From Octopus vulgaris (lineage: Eukaryota): DNA of 64,000 bases. Shown here piece after piece: positions 25,512-39,478 of the stretch. The notes below the pieces were generated by a model. The model had not been told where the DNA came from. It did not search any database and saw only the letters and a program-made list of their open reading frames with translations. How positions within the stretch are numbered: the first letter of the stretch is position 1; each line of letters starts with the position of its first letter. Position numbers and translations under genes: made by a program. The stretch covers positions 682,001 through 746,000 of the forward strand of contig OX597827.1 of assembly GCA_951406725.2 (NCBI GenBank), given 5' to 3'.

Positions 25512-25830
25512 AGCCGTGTGGCTCAGTGGTTAAGGTATTCCACTCACGATCATAAGCTCGTGAGCTCGATTTCCGGCGGAGCGTTGCGTCCTTGAGCAAG
25601 ACACTTCACTTCACGTTGTTTCAGTCCACTCAGCTGGCAAAAATGAATGGCATCTATGTTTCAATGGACCAGCTTTGTCACATGCGGTGTCAGGCTGAAT
25701 CTCCCTCAGAACTACGTAAAGGATTTGCATGTCTGTGGAGTACTCAGCCAAATGCACATTAATTCTACGAACAAGCGCTTCCGTTGATTCGATCATCTGG
25801 GACCCTAACCCTCGTAATCGACAGAGTGCC
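25512..25830 (+). mobile_element. tRNA-derived SINE family B
   Basis: TGGCTCAGTGG A box and CCTTGAGCAAGACAC...CAGTCCACTCAGCTG core; homologous to 12938-13205; ends at a T run. Confidence 0.8.
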
Positions 25831-26709
25831 ATTTTTTTTTATGTAGGGCTGAATTTTTTAACGTGAACTCCCTTAACGCTTGAGATGTTGTTTATGTCAT
25901 GTCTGTGCTGTTGATGGTTTTGTTGTTGTTTAACCACATGCCAACCATTAGAGAGACCTATGATCAAGAAATGCTCCAAACATAACGGTCCCGGTCCTTT
26001 TCCTAGGTTTTGCATATTTGTTTTCCACCGAAACCCTTGAGATATTACTGTTGCTGTTTAGCCACTAGTCAGCCCTGACTAAGCAAATCTATGACATTGT
26101 GTAACAAGATTTATGTCCTTGGGTAGAAAATTCTATTTCCTATTGGCTTAGCTTCAGAAAATAGGAAAAATCGCTAATACTTCCTTCAAACCTTTCTTTT
26201 GTTATTATATTTACTCAGAGTAACTTTTGTTACTATAGTTACTCAAAGAATCTCCCTCAACACAGGCAGAAAAACAGACAGAGAGACTATCTCTTTATAG
26301 ACGAAGATAATTGCAATGGGTGGAAACAAACAACAACAAATGCGTTTACCTTATAATGAATCTCTTTCAAGAGCAATCAAATGCCACTGCAACGTTGAAA
26401 TCGTTACCTGTGTTAAAAAAATACATAAAAATACTGGGAGAATTTCTAGCTTTCAGTTCATGGCATTCCGAAAGTTGTATAAATGATTAAGGGAAGAGAA
26501 AAGAAAGAAAATGGACGGACGGCGGTAACTGCGACAACTCTAAGGGAAGAAAAACGAAAATAAGGAAAAAAAGACGGACGGTTGTGTCGACATTTTCAAC
26601 TTGGTTTTTTTTTTTCTTAAACGGGGAAATGACTATTTTATTTGTAATCTTTATCATCTTAATGAAATGGTAGGAAAACCAAGTTTGAGTTGTAATATAA
26701 TATAGACAG

Positions 26710-26740
<31 letters not shown>

Positions 26741-26780
26741 TGTATGTATGTATGTATGTATGTATGTATGTATGTATGTA

Positions 26781-27706
26781 TATCTTTTTCTGTACTTAAT
26801 CAGTTAAATTCTTCCTCTGAAGGAGGAGCTGGTTTCTAACAAAGATACAAAGCTCCATCTTTGGAATGTAAATAACAAAAATAATGTCACATTTTAAACC
26901 TGGGAAAAGTCTTGCATAGTTTTACTATTCTGCTTACATATCGTATTTGTAATGTGCGAATCGGTTGATTTCTTTTTCTGAATTTTGAAGATTATCCAAA
27001 CTGGAGGTTTCGAAGCAGTTGTCCTTAGTTATCTTCTTTCTATTTGATCTTCAAAGAGATATTCACATCAGCCGGACAGCTGACCTCTATGACGCTGCAT
27101 ACTTTTCCTTGTCTGTACCAAGCAACAATATCAGCTCTGTTATGCTTACAATTGACAACTGTAATGGGAATGTTCTACCAGAATTCTTTGTACAGGTATT
27201 TGTATAGGTATTCAATAACAGGGAGATTCTTCATATTTATTCCAGGAAAATTTTTTTTTCGAATGGCATTGCATATAGTTTTTGCAACAACGTCGAGTCG
27301 CATATCGACGTGCTGCTTTGATGACATTTTTGGGTAGCTGTTAATCACATGTTGGATGTTTTCCACAGAACTATGACATATTCTTCGCTTACGGTTGTAT
27401 CCTGGAACTCCAAGGGTTTCTCTGTCTTCTTTGATGATTAGATATTTAGTTGCAAACTTCTTCTTGGATTGCAAATGCACAGCCTTCGAGGTGTGATGTA
27501 GCGGTCGCGAGTCCAAGTGAGGCTTTGATTCATGCCAAGTGTCACTATCTTCTTTAAGTCTACGAGAAACTTACCCATGCATGGTCCTTTTTTTTTTTGC
27601 TGAGCATTTCACTTCTAGGTCTTCTTCGAGGTGCGCTAGTCCAACCAATTTTGGGTTGTATGGGAGGCCATTAGGAGGAGAATGCTTCCCTAGGAGTTCA
27701 CTTCTA

Positions 27707-27708
<2 letters not shown>
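26781..27708 (-). mobile_element. 5'-truncated R4/Dong-type (RLE) non-LTR retrotransposon, decayed
   Basis: RICHSSVENIQHVINSYPKM...RLDVVAK...KHNRADI...IEVSCPADVNI; related to 23373-24405 and flanked on both sides by (TATG)n. Confidence 0.85.
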
Positions 27709-27737
<29 letters not shown>

Positions 27738-27757
27738 TGTATGTATGTATGTATGTA

Positions 27758-27788
<31 letters not shown>

Positions 27789-28226
27789 ATATGTGTATGT
27801 ATGTATGTATGTATGTATGTATGTATGTGTGTGTGTGTATGTATGTATGTATGTATATGTGTATGTATGTATGTATGTATGTATATGTGTATGTATGTAT
27901 GTATGTATGTATGTATGTATGTCTTTTAAGGCAGAAGCAGTATTTATGCTTTGATGTAGACTTGACTGTTATTTTGTTGGCAAGGTGTGGCTCGCACGCA
28001 AGCACGCACGCACACACACATACACACATACACACATACACATGATACATATATACACAATAAATATTACTTTGTGCTCATGTTACAAATCATAAGATTT
28101 TCTCTCTCTCTCTTTTGAACCCCCAAAGTTCAAATCGAATCTCTCCACAAGCAGACGGTTATTAATCGGGTTCATCACCTTCACTTCCTCTACTTGACGA
28201 ACTCCTCACTCCACCTATATCAGATC

Positions 28227-28296
<70 letters not shown>

Positions 28297-29071
28297 TAGA
28301 GAGAAAGAAAGAGAGAGGCTTATTTCAATTACACGACCTACTAGAAATAAGTGTTTTTAATTTAAGTGTAAGGCTAGCAATTTAAGGGTCAATTATTTTA
28401 TCTCTGTGCTCAACTAGTTCTTAGTGGAACTCGGCGGAATCTACATTCCTGCAAGAAATAATAGCTACATCTACATCAAAGCTTTATTACAGCGCCTGTC
28501 TTTAAAAAGAAAGAACGTATTTGATCATGTGAAAAATGTACCAAGAAAATGTTGCTGAGTTCTAACGAGTAAAGTAAAGTATCTATTCACAGCCTGGGGG
28601 TTCAAAACTTTCAGAGGTATACCTGGGCATAAATGTATAGCAGTCGTTTTCACCGCCAGTTTCGATCACATGTGAATCGCTAGTTTATCATGCAGGCAGA
28701 CCCCATCTCAGCCAATCGGAACTTTTTGTTCACACGATAATAACTAGAACCTTCTACCAACGAAGGCCTTAAAGACAGCAGCTTTTAGCGCGAAAAGCAG
28801 AGGGAATTCGGATTTCGTTGAATCGGTCTCTAGTGAATTTCCTCTCTTATATCTGTTTTCACAGATTCATACTCAAAACAGCGCGATTCTTCTTATAGCT
28901 GTTTTTCACATCTCTTTATCCAACCCTGTGATAGAGGAAGAATCAACGCGATCATACACAATTGTAGCAATGTAAAAAATCAGCTTAATTATCGATTATC
29001 TCTTCAAGATCTCTGGCACCCGTAAAACACGATATTCATATATGATCGACTCTGTCTGAATAGCTTGAAGC

Positions 29072-29945
29072 CGAGGCGGTATCAAAAGGTTCTCGGACTA
29101 GTTATGTTTAATAAAAAATAACTTATTTACCTAAGTTTTAACATCATGTCCTTCAAAATAGTCATCTTACAACATACCGGTCCCAGCGTTCTTGCCACTT
29201 TTGGAATCCAGCCTGGAAGTCGTTTTCCGTAAGCAAGTCGAGGACCTTCCACGATTCGCTCTGCGTCTCGACAACGGTGTTAAAACGGGAATCTTTGAAC
29301 TGCATTTTCATCTTGGGGAAGAGACGGAAATCCGCTGGTGCTAAACTTGGCGAATAGGACGGGTGTGGAAGCGATACTATGTTGTTTTTTTAGCGAGAAA
29401 CTCTCGAGTGAGGAGAGTGCGGTGACAGGGTGCATTGAAGTCGTGAAGAATCCAGATTTTCGCGCTCCACAGGTCCGGTGGCTTTCACTGAATGTCCTCC
29501 TCCCTCAAACGCTTCAAAATGTCGCTGTAGAACTTTTGATTGACTGTCTGACCCTGGAGGATTCTCGATATACCATACCGCGGATGTCGAAAAAAGAAAA
29601 AAACCCATGAGCATGCTCTTGATTGAACTGCGGCTCTATTGTGCACCCGTGCCATTCGAAACATTGCGTACGACCCATTGCCTCGTCGCCGTAAGCTTAC
29701 CGAAGCACATTCAATATCTTTGTAGCAGACTTCCTAAGTTTAACGCAAGATTTCATGTTGGCTCTTTGTTCCAACTTCCTCTCCATCACAAAGATCGCAA
29801 ACAACAACATGATCACAGAAACATAAATTTCAAAAATTTGCGATGTATACACAGCGATGTTTTTCGGCACACTGCTTCATGAAGGTCACTGCTAGCTGTC
29901 ACTGCACATGCAGTAGTGTGCTGCCATCTGTTGGCGCGCCACTAG
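29072..29945 (-). mobile_element. Internally deleted mariner element
   Basis: N-terminal CVKLRKSATK...AYGDEAMGRTQCFEWH, then PHPSYSPSLAPADFRLFPKMK and C-terminal FQKWQERWDR...DYFEG; TIR-like CGAGGCGGTATCAAAAGGTTCTCGGACT at 29072. Confidence 0.85.
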
Positions 29946-30415
29946 CAATAAATGATGTGTATAAACTGGCACCAAGTCTTTGTCCTAACCACGCTACCTA
30001 TGTTCACTCAAAGCGACATTGATGACTACAGGAACCTACGTCACAGTTTATAGTCCTCAACTCTACATATTCGTCAATTCACAATGCAATACCCGTGGGA
30101 CGGTATGAACTACCTACCATTTGTCTGTTTGTCCGCTAGCACCACAGCACTTGTCGATCTATTATCGCCACACCAACCTTCGACACTCTTATTTGGTTAA
30201 TCCCTGCCATATCCCTTTGAACATTCAAACGCAATACTCAAGATATGGCACGAACTTTCGACACTGCTATCCAGTTACCCGCTACCTCATCCATTTGTCT
30301 ACCAAGAATGCCAATGACACATTCTGTTATGAACCGTCCATCCTCTCAATTGGTTATCCGTTACCATATTCCAGTATTCATCTAAACTGCAATGCTAATG
30401 TCGCTATGATACAAA

Positions 30416-30780
30416 GTCCATCCCTCCTCACCGGGGTGGGGACGCTGGCAACGGGTAGTGTCAGAGCTTTGTCGCCGGGAACTTCGGTTCCTGCTAGGGC
30501 CACTCAAGGCGGATTGGTCTGACACCGAGTGGTATTAGGGCCACTGGTGAAAATCCTCGGTGTGTCTGTTTCGGCAACCGACGGCTCCTCGGTCGTTCTG
30601 TCCCTGCGTCTGCGGACAATCTGCGGCAAACAGGATGTCTCTATATGCGGGATTGTCGGGGACCGCTTGTGAAATCCACATATTCCCACGAATCTTCTTC
30701 TACCGCATCGAGGGTGGTAGAAGAAGCCGACTCAACCCGCCCAGGGTGAATGTCGCCACAAGTACAAGTAAGTAAGTAAG
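30416..30780 (+). mobile_element. 365-bp non-autonomous retroelement, probably RTE-derived, with an 11-bp TSD
   Basis: TSD TATGATACAAA at 30405-30415 and 30781-30791; (AAGT)n tail; AGGGCCACTCAAGGCGGATTGGTC resembles RTE/BovB-type 5' UTRs; no tRNA boxes seen. Confidence 0.75.
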
Positions 30781-30949
30781 TATGATACAAACCCATGACA
30801 TTCTCATCTGCATAAACGCTACCCTATCTCCCCGTTCATTTAAGAGACATAATGCTAATAAAAAGCCATGAACTTTCAACCCGCTCGCCTGGTTTACTGC
30901 GAACCGATTCGTTTAGCCATCAAAAACAATACCAACAGCACAAAACATC

Positions 30950-31635
30950 AACATTTTCGGCTGGTGGTTGTCGGTATTCTTATCTCTACATCCAATGACA
31001 TAGACAAAAACAGGCATATCAAAAACCATGCGACATGAATTCTTGATTTATTACAATTTTCTCTGTTCTGGAAGAGGTATTGTGATTACCAAATGATAAT
31101 TAAAACCAACTCTATTCGAGAAGAAGAGATAATTTCAAGATACAAGAACTCTCCAAAGTTGGCATTCCATAAAGGAAAAGGACAGGTTTATCGTCTGGAG
31201 ATAAGAAGACAATCATAGATGCGTGTTTCTGTCTGAATAGTCCTCATCAGAACGACAATTATCCAACCTTATTTCCGATATCCAAAAGAATTATGCAAAA
31301 AGACATAGAACACATTTATGGCCAAGGTAATTTGCATAATTTAAACAGATTGGACTAAAATAAATAATTCGGACCGGTTTGTGGCATTTATTTGAATAAT
31401 ATTGACAAATACAGGCATATTAAATTCCATGCAATATGATTTTTCTTGATTTGTTAAAGATATCTCCGCGCTAGAAGATATATCATAATTACAAAATGGC
31501 AATTAAAGACCAGCTCCATTGGAGAAGAGGAGATAATTTCAAGATTCAAAAATTCTTCAAACATGAACATGCTATTAAGGAAAAGGACAAGCTTTTTGTC
31601 TGGAGGTAAGAGGTCAGTCGTCGACACGTGTTTAT
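30950..31635 (-). repeat. Diverged ~401-bp tandem repeat (~1.7 units) carrying degenerate hammerhead-ribozyme motifs
   Basis: CAGGCATAT at 31011 and 31412; GAGATAATTTCAAGAT and AAGGAAAAGGACA occur in both units; minus-strand CTGATGA...GAAAC at 31250-31225. Confidence 0.75.
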
Positions 31636-32074
31636 GGTTCCTTGCATACGTATGTGAAATTCACGAAACATTTGTAAAGACCAGCTTCTAAATAAGGCAG
31701 TCTGCAGACCAGTTATATTTAGTCATCTTAAGAAGATACATCCAATAGAACGACTGATCGACTTTTATCTTGTTGACGAAGAAGAGAGAAAAATAAACAC
31801 GAGGAAGAAGGGAAGAGCTTTGTGATTCATATTCATTGTAATGGAGGAAAAATTGATTAGACGTGAGACCGCAGGCAAGCAGAGTGGGTTTTCACACCTC
31901 ATAACTTTTGTGTCTCTGTAACAAAAGAAGGAGTTATTTCCTGTATGACTCCAACAACCGGAAGTTGCTTATAATCGATGAACTTCAAACTCGATTCAAT
32001 AACCAATCAGCAAACATTGATTTGTTCTGATGAGAGGAATTGTAGTAATGTTTGCTTAGGTAAGTATTTATACA

Positions 32075-32114
<40 letters not shown>

Positions 32115-32292
32115 TAGTTATGTATCCATTTATGTGTATGTATATATGTATGTATATATACTTGTGTGCGTATGTATGTATATATATATATATATATATA
32201 TACACGCAAACATGATTATATATATATTATGCATGTATACACGCACACAAGCATACACACACACATATATTTGTCATTGCTACGACGACGAC

Positions 32293-32376
<84 letters not shown>

Positions 32377-32800
32377 GGTGATAATCTTGATCAGCATCAT
32401 TATTATTATTACTGCTGCCATTGCTTCTATTGTTGCCGTTTTTGTTGCTGTTGTTGCTTATCACCTTTACTCGCTCAAATATTATCGTCTCAAATTGTTG
32501 GTCGCAGATATAAAACGTTTAATATTTCTTTACATAAACCCGAGGGTTTGGCAGAATTAGAAAATCCTATCCTCAAATCACATACAATATTTAACTACGG
32601 CTCTACGTTTTAAGTTCAAATTCCACCGGAGAGGAGCTGACCTTTCCTCTCTCCGAGACTTGATAAAATAGAATACCAGTCATATACTGGGATTGATTTA
32701 ATCTAATATACTCTTCTATAAAATATGTAGTCTTGTATATGTGTTTCAGATCTATATTATATTTAAAACCGGTGTGTATAGTATATATAATGTGTATAGA

Positions 32801-32888
32801 TTCTAGCTTCGGCTGTACATATACAAAAAAATTGGAACGATACGGAGAAGATTAGTATGGCCTTCTGTACAAGGATGACACGCAAATT
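32801..32888 (+). pseudogene. U6: U6 snRNA pseudogene, 3'-truncated
   Basis: GCTTCGGC...ACATATAC...AAAATTGGAACGATACGGAGAAGATTAGTATGGCC...CAAGGATGACACGCAAATT matches U6. The ACAGAGA box and AGC triad are mutated and the last ~20 nt are missing. Confidence 0.92.
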
Positions 32889-32894
32889 AAGATC

Positions 32895-33716
32895 AAGTGA
32901 TACTCTCTCTCAAACCCCCATCTTTTGCACAGTTTCCAATGTAGCACTTTCGCTATCTAGTCGGGTCGCCACACCTTGTAATGCTTTTGGGCAAGTCTAG
33001 GGCATTCGTTCGTGATATGGGAAATGGTTTCATCCACTCTATTGCAGATGTGGCAACCTTGCTCATTCCTCAGGTTGACCCTTCTGTTCGTGATCAAAGC
33101 TTGGTCCTGCTCTGCCAGTATAGTGCTCTCGGTTTCCTTTTTTAGGGTTCCTTTCATCAGCCAATCCCACCTATGTTTTCCAGCAACTTCTCTTGTGGCT
33201 ACATGGAATTGATTGTGTTGTCCCTTGTTGCGTAATTCTTCTTCATCTCCTTCTTGCAATTCTTCCATTGTTTTTTTCTTTTTTCTCTGCTCTCAATACT
33301 CTCTCGTTCCTAACTGTCGCTAGCAGTGTTTTTTTTTTTTTACTTTGGGCTAGGTATCTCATTACGCTCTCGAGTTCGATACGCATGCAGTCTTCCACAC
33401 TTATCCGTCCCTTTCCTCCATTTGCTCTCTTCGTGTATAGGCAGTCAGTGTCTGCACATGGATGATGGGCTCCATGCATCGTTAGCAGCTTTCTTAACAT
33501 CCGGTCCATCTCCTTTAGCTCCTCCTCTGCTCCCTTCAGGATTCCAGCGCCATACCAAACCACTGTAACTGCGCGCGACTTTATCGCCGAAATTATGTTT
33601 CTGGCATCCAGCTTTGAAGTCAATATTTTTCTCACTCGCCGCCAGTATTCTGTTCTTATCGTTTCCTTCATGTCGTGGTGTTTGATTCCATCTGCTTCAA
33701 GTATTCCCAGGTATTT
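32895..33716 (-). mobile_element. R4/Dong-type non-LTR retrotransposon fragment (RT end to CCHC)
   Basis: KYLGILEADGIKH...LYTKRANGGKGR...LKKETESTILAEQDQAL...CHICNRVDETISHITNEC; frameshifted and truncated before the RLE domain. Confidence 0.9.
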
Positions 33717-34059
33717 GGTGAGAAATAACAATTCAAAAAGAGCGAATGCCATCTACGTTTCTTTACATTCTCATTTCAAGCGTTACCAGAATCTATATAA
33801 AGTTCTGAGTTCCTCACTAAAGCGTTCAGTGGTTTTCATGCTTCTGGCTCTATTATCTTTACTCCTGGTTATATACTGAGTGCGATGCACAATGGTGTAT
33901 GTATTGCTCCTGCTGCTGTTGTTCTCAACAGCATTTTGGGGATCCAGAGGCTGCTTTGCACGCAGTAAATTATTTCGCATCTTTTGTTAGGTTCTGAGTG
34001 TAAATCCTGCCAATGAAGTAAAAAAAAAAGGGGGGAAGCAAGGAGTAGAGACCACTGAT

Positions 34060-34336
34060 AGAAATGATATTGTTGATGATGATGATAACGACGACGACAG
34101 TTATGATTGTGGTGGTGGTTGGTGATTGAGGTGGTTGTAATACCAACAAAAGGAGCGCCGAGGATTAGCGAATGTAATGAGGAAACTGATTGTGTTAGTA
34201 TCAAAGATAATGCTGACGATAAGAATGAGGATAATAATTATGACGATGACGATGATAATGATGATGATGATGATGATGATGATGACGATGATGACGATAA
34301 CGCTGACGACGATGGTGGAGGTGGTGGTGGCGGTCG

Positions 34337-34368
<32 letters not shown>

Positions 34369-34443
34369 GTGATGATGGTGAAGATAGCAACAACAAAGTG
34401 AACACCACCATTAATAAGAGTGAGAATGACAACGACGACGATA

Positions 34444-34477
<34 letters not shown>

Positions 34478-34525
34478 CGATAACGATAACGCTGACGACG
34501 ATGGCGGAGGTGGTGGTGGTGGTCG

Positions 34526-34563
<38 letters not shown>

Positions 34564-34649
34564 CGACGGTTTTCATAATAACGATTTCGGCTACAACACC
34601 AATGACAATAACGACAATGGCGAAGATAATGACGACGACGACGACGATA

Positions 34650-34711
<62 letters not shown>

Positions 34712-36250
34712 TTACAATCCTGTTGTTGTTGCTGCTGCTGTTTATGGTGATGCTGATGACGATAAATAATTAAAGAGATAGAGATTAATGAATGACAATG
34801 CATCTTATCAAACACTTGTAATTTAGCGAACGATTTTAATAGATTCCACACAAATCAATATTGATGGCCATGGCGGCGGCGGCGACGGCGATAGTGGTGA
34901 TGGCGATGGTGATGATGAATGTGATAAGACAGAAAACGACCATTATGGCGATAGTAATGATGGTGATGCTGTTGTTGGTGATGGTGATGATGATGATGGT
35001 GGTGGTTGTGATGAGGAATTTGATAGCTAGTAAAGAAACGTTAGAGTGATAGTAATGATGGTGGTGGTGGTGGTAGCGGTGGTGGTGATGGTTATGGTGG
35101 CGGCGAGATGATGATGATGATGAGGGTGATGGTGGAGGTATTGGTGACGATGATGACGATGATAATGTTGACGATGATGATAATGATAATGATGATGATG
35201 ATGATCAAGATGATGATGATGATCAAGATGATGATGATGATCAAGATGATGATGATGATGATGATAAATGTTGTTTTTATCTCTCCCTATGTTCCTTTTT
35301 TTTAATTGTAATTTGTTTTTGTTTATGCATTCTTTATTTTATTTCTGTTCTTTTATCAAATTAATACGTCAATATTCATGCACCGCCGCCGCCGCCGCCA
35401 TCACAAGCAGCAGCAGCAGCACCACCACCACCACCACCACCACAACAACAACAACCACTTCTACCACCACCTGCACCGCTAGTACTACTACTGTTACTGC
35501 TGCTGTCGGCGAAAATCCTGATAATGACAGTACTTATACTACCGCTGCTGCTGCTGTTGCTGTTGATGATGATGATGGTAATGATTGGTAATGATTATGA
35601 TAATGATTATGGTGATTGTTATGGTGATCATGTTCACGACAAAAATGATGGGTGCCATATTTAAGCCGTTTCAGCGAGGGTGGGCGAGGGTGTATGGATG
35701 TGGTCGGAAGGTGGTCATGTTAGGAAGGAGGGACATTTTGGGGTTAAGCTCCAGAGTCAAAAAGGCTTTACCGAAACATTCCGTCATCGCTTCCCAATTC
35801 CCTGAACGACGACAACGACGAAATCCCAGCCACGCCACCCTCGCCACTACTACAACCACTACTACCCCTACTATTATCACCACCAACGCATAAACAACAA
35901 CCACCACCACCGATACCACAACTACCACTACCAACACAATCACCACTGATACCACCACCACAACCTGCAACCACTATCACAACAAACACCGCAACAAGAA
36001 CAACAAACATCACCACTAATATCACAGCTACAGCTACCACCACCACCACCACCACCACCACCACCACCACCATCATCACCACCATCATCACCACCACCAC
36101 CAACAACAACAACAATAGCATCAACAACACAATCACCAGCAGTACCATCGTAGCCATCACCAATGCAATCACTCCTTCACCGCCCACCCCACCAAAACCC
36201 CCACCACTACCACCCTCACCACCACCACCACAGCCACCACCACCACCACC
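34060..36250. repeat. Compound trinucleotide low-complexity region (GAT/GGT/CAC/CAA)n
   Basis: Directly visible; source of the poly-D, poly-M and poly-T ORFs. Confidence 0.9.
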
Positions 36251-36704
36251 ATCCTTCAGTTCTCAATTCAGCCTCTTGTAGTTTTTCAGCATTAAATAAT
36301 TTACGCCTCTAGAGGGCAGCAATGTATGTGATAATTATTTTAATGAAAATATTAATAAATAAATGAATATATAAGCAACAAATAAAAACATTCCCCCTCC
36401 CCATTCAAGGGGAAACATAAACAAAAACAAGGGAAAGAAAACCCCAAAATAAGAAAAAGAAAAACAATAAAAACAACATACATTCCTAAAAAAATTTACA
36501 AAATAAAGTCCAAAGCTTAAGCGAAAAGGTTAAACGAAATTCATTCATTATATGTGTGTATGTACGCATCTATGTATGCATGCATACGTGTATGTATGCG
36601 TGTGCGCATGTATGTATGCATGCATACGTGTGTGTATGTATAGATATATATTTATCTGTACATGTGTGTGTGTATATTTGTATATTTGTGTATGCTACTA
36701 TATG

Positions 36705-36740
<36 letters not shown>

Positions 36741-36969
36741 CATACATACACACTCACATATATGCGTATGTGTGTTTGTGTGTGTGTGTGTGTGTAGCCT
36801 GCACCTTATTATATCAAACGAGTGATCAAGTTCCTACCACCTCCACCCCTTTCCCCACCCTTTCGCTGATCTTGAATCGAACTGTAAGAGCAAAACCACA
36901 ATTTAACACCAAATATATGCTAAAAAAGTGTCGGAATAATAAAACAATAAAATAAGAAAGAAAAGACTC

Positions 36970-37096
<127 letters not shown>

Positions 37097-38268
37097 ATAA
37101 CAAGTAATAAAGAAAATGTATAAAAATAAAATCTATAAAAACAAAAACTGAAATATATGGAAATATGAAATCTATTAGAAATGCAGAGACCATATCCCTA
37201 TTGAACTGTTCTCCAATGGTCTTGTATTTAGTTTGACACTGACAAAATATTTATGACTTTTAATATTGTTATGAAGGGTGGATTGCGGGAGTGCATTGGG
37301 TGGGGTGCCTCGCAGTGTTTAGTTACAGTTGTTTACGTTCTATGCTGGGATCCCGCTGATAAAATGCACTGAGTCCTTGTTATAAAGGGATTCGTGGCGG
37401 GAGACGCTTTCTTTTATCTTTCACTTGTTTTAGCCATTCGACTGCGGCCCAGCTGGGAGAACTGCCTTGAAGGGATTTGGTTGAACAAATAGAACCCTTT
37501 ACCAATACTAATTTTTGTAAAAAGTTTGGTAGTTACTTTTGTTTTACTAAGAGCAAAATGCAAACCAAAATATTTCACATGAAAGAAACCACGAAATATA
37601 AAAGGACTTAATCAATGAATAATTTTAAAGCCGGCGTTGACGACGTTCACAGCCTTAATAGTAACTCTTTGTTCTCTCGAGATGTACTGCAAATCGTGCG
37701 AAGAGCACGTCTTTATTTCTATCACTTCAACCTGATGGTGAGATCGAGAATATCTGGAAACATTAATCGACAACTGGATTTAGAAATATTGTCGTTCCAA
37801 ACTAAACATGAAGGATTCACTAGAAAATATGAAGAATTCTTTAATGAAAAGGAGGAAACGCGTATTCATTTGTGCCTCCACTATAACACACACGCGCACA
37901 CAGACACAGACACACGCACACATACACGCACACACACGCACAAACACACACACACACACACAACTACGCACGCGCACACAAACACACGCACACACAAACA
38001 CACGCACACACACACAACTATGCACGCGCACACACGCACGTACACACACACATACACACACACACATAAATATGCACGCATATAAGTATTTGCGGTGGGT
38101 ATCACATATACATATCAGTATACGTTTCTCTGTAAAAAATATATGGCATTTAAGTGTGTGTATATATATATACACACAATCATACATATATATATGTAAG
38201 CATGTATATGCATCTATAATATATGTATATATATTTGTTTGTGACTGGGTATGCATATATATACGTAC

Positions 38269-38308
<40 letters not shown>

Positions 38309-38355
38309 ATATATGTGTGTGTATATATATACATATATATGTATATATATATCTA

Positions 38356-38457
<102 letters not shown>

Positions 38458-39003
38458 CACGTGCATACATGCATGACTACTACATACTCTATTTAGACAC
38501 ACGCCAACCCCCCCCCACACACATATCTATATTATTTTTGTTTACACTATATATACCTCTCTCACTCTCTCATAAATTATTGTCTATTGACATGATTAGT
38601 TGTTATTTGTCTTTCATTTATATAAAAATATATGTGTATATATATATTTTTTTACTATCTCACTTCCCTCCACAATTGTAAGGAAAGAAGACATTTCCGA
38701 CATTTTGAATCTTTTGACATTTCCCCGCAGTAAACACCATTTCTATTTCACTGGATGCCATTCTTTTGTGCCACGGGTTCGCTGCTCTTAGAAAGACACC
38801 TGCTTCTCGAGACTTTCACAACGCAAAACACGAAAACATATAAACAGACGCACATGTAACGGAAAGCTTATCACATCTACAAATGTTACAATCACGATAT
38901 CTATTGCTACATACATGCATATGTGTACATGTGTGTGCATTTATTTATTTATGTATGCATACATACGTATATATATATATATATATACATATATGTGTGT
39001 GTA

Positions 39004-39058
<55 letters not shown>

Positions 39059-39091
39059 ATAAAAAAAAAAAAAAATATAATATATGTGTGT

Positions 39092-39147
<56 letters not shown>

Positions 39148-39148
39148 A

Positions 39149-39212
<64 letters not shown>

Positions 39213-39388
39213 AATACACACTCACACATACATATACATAGTATATCCATCCATCCGTCCATACATACATACACATACGTGCGCACGCGTGCAGACAAGT
39301 ATATGTTTTTTTTTATATACGAAGGCTTTTTTTGTTCAGCGTCATAAAAACGTTGAAGTGCACAAACAACATACTAATGTGTGTGTTC

Positions 39389-39478
<90 letters not shown>

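Noticed and set aside
31497-31612. Exon ending at a GAG|GTAAG donor inside the 401-bp repeat
   Set aside because: The other unit lacks the donor, the reading frames are not preserved between units, and no acceptor was identified.
32801-32888. Functional U6 gene
   Set aside because: The ACAGAGA box and AGC triad are mutated, the 3' end and T-run terminator are absent, and there is no correctly placed TATA.
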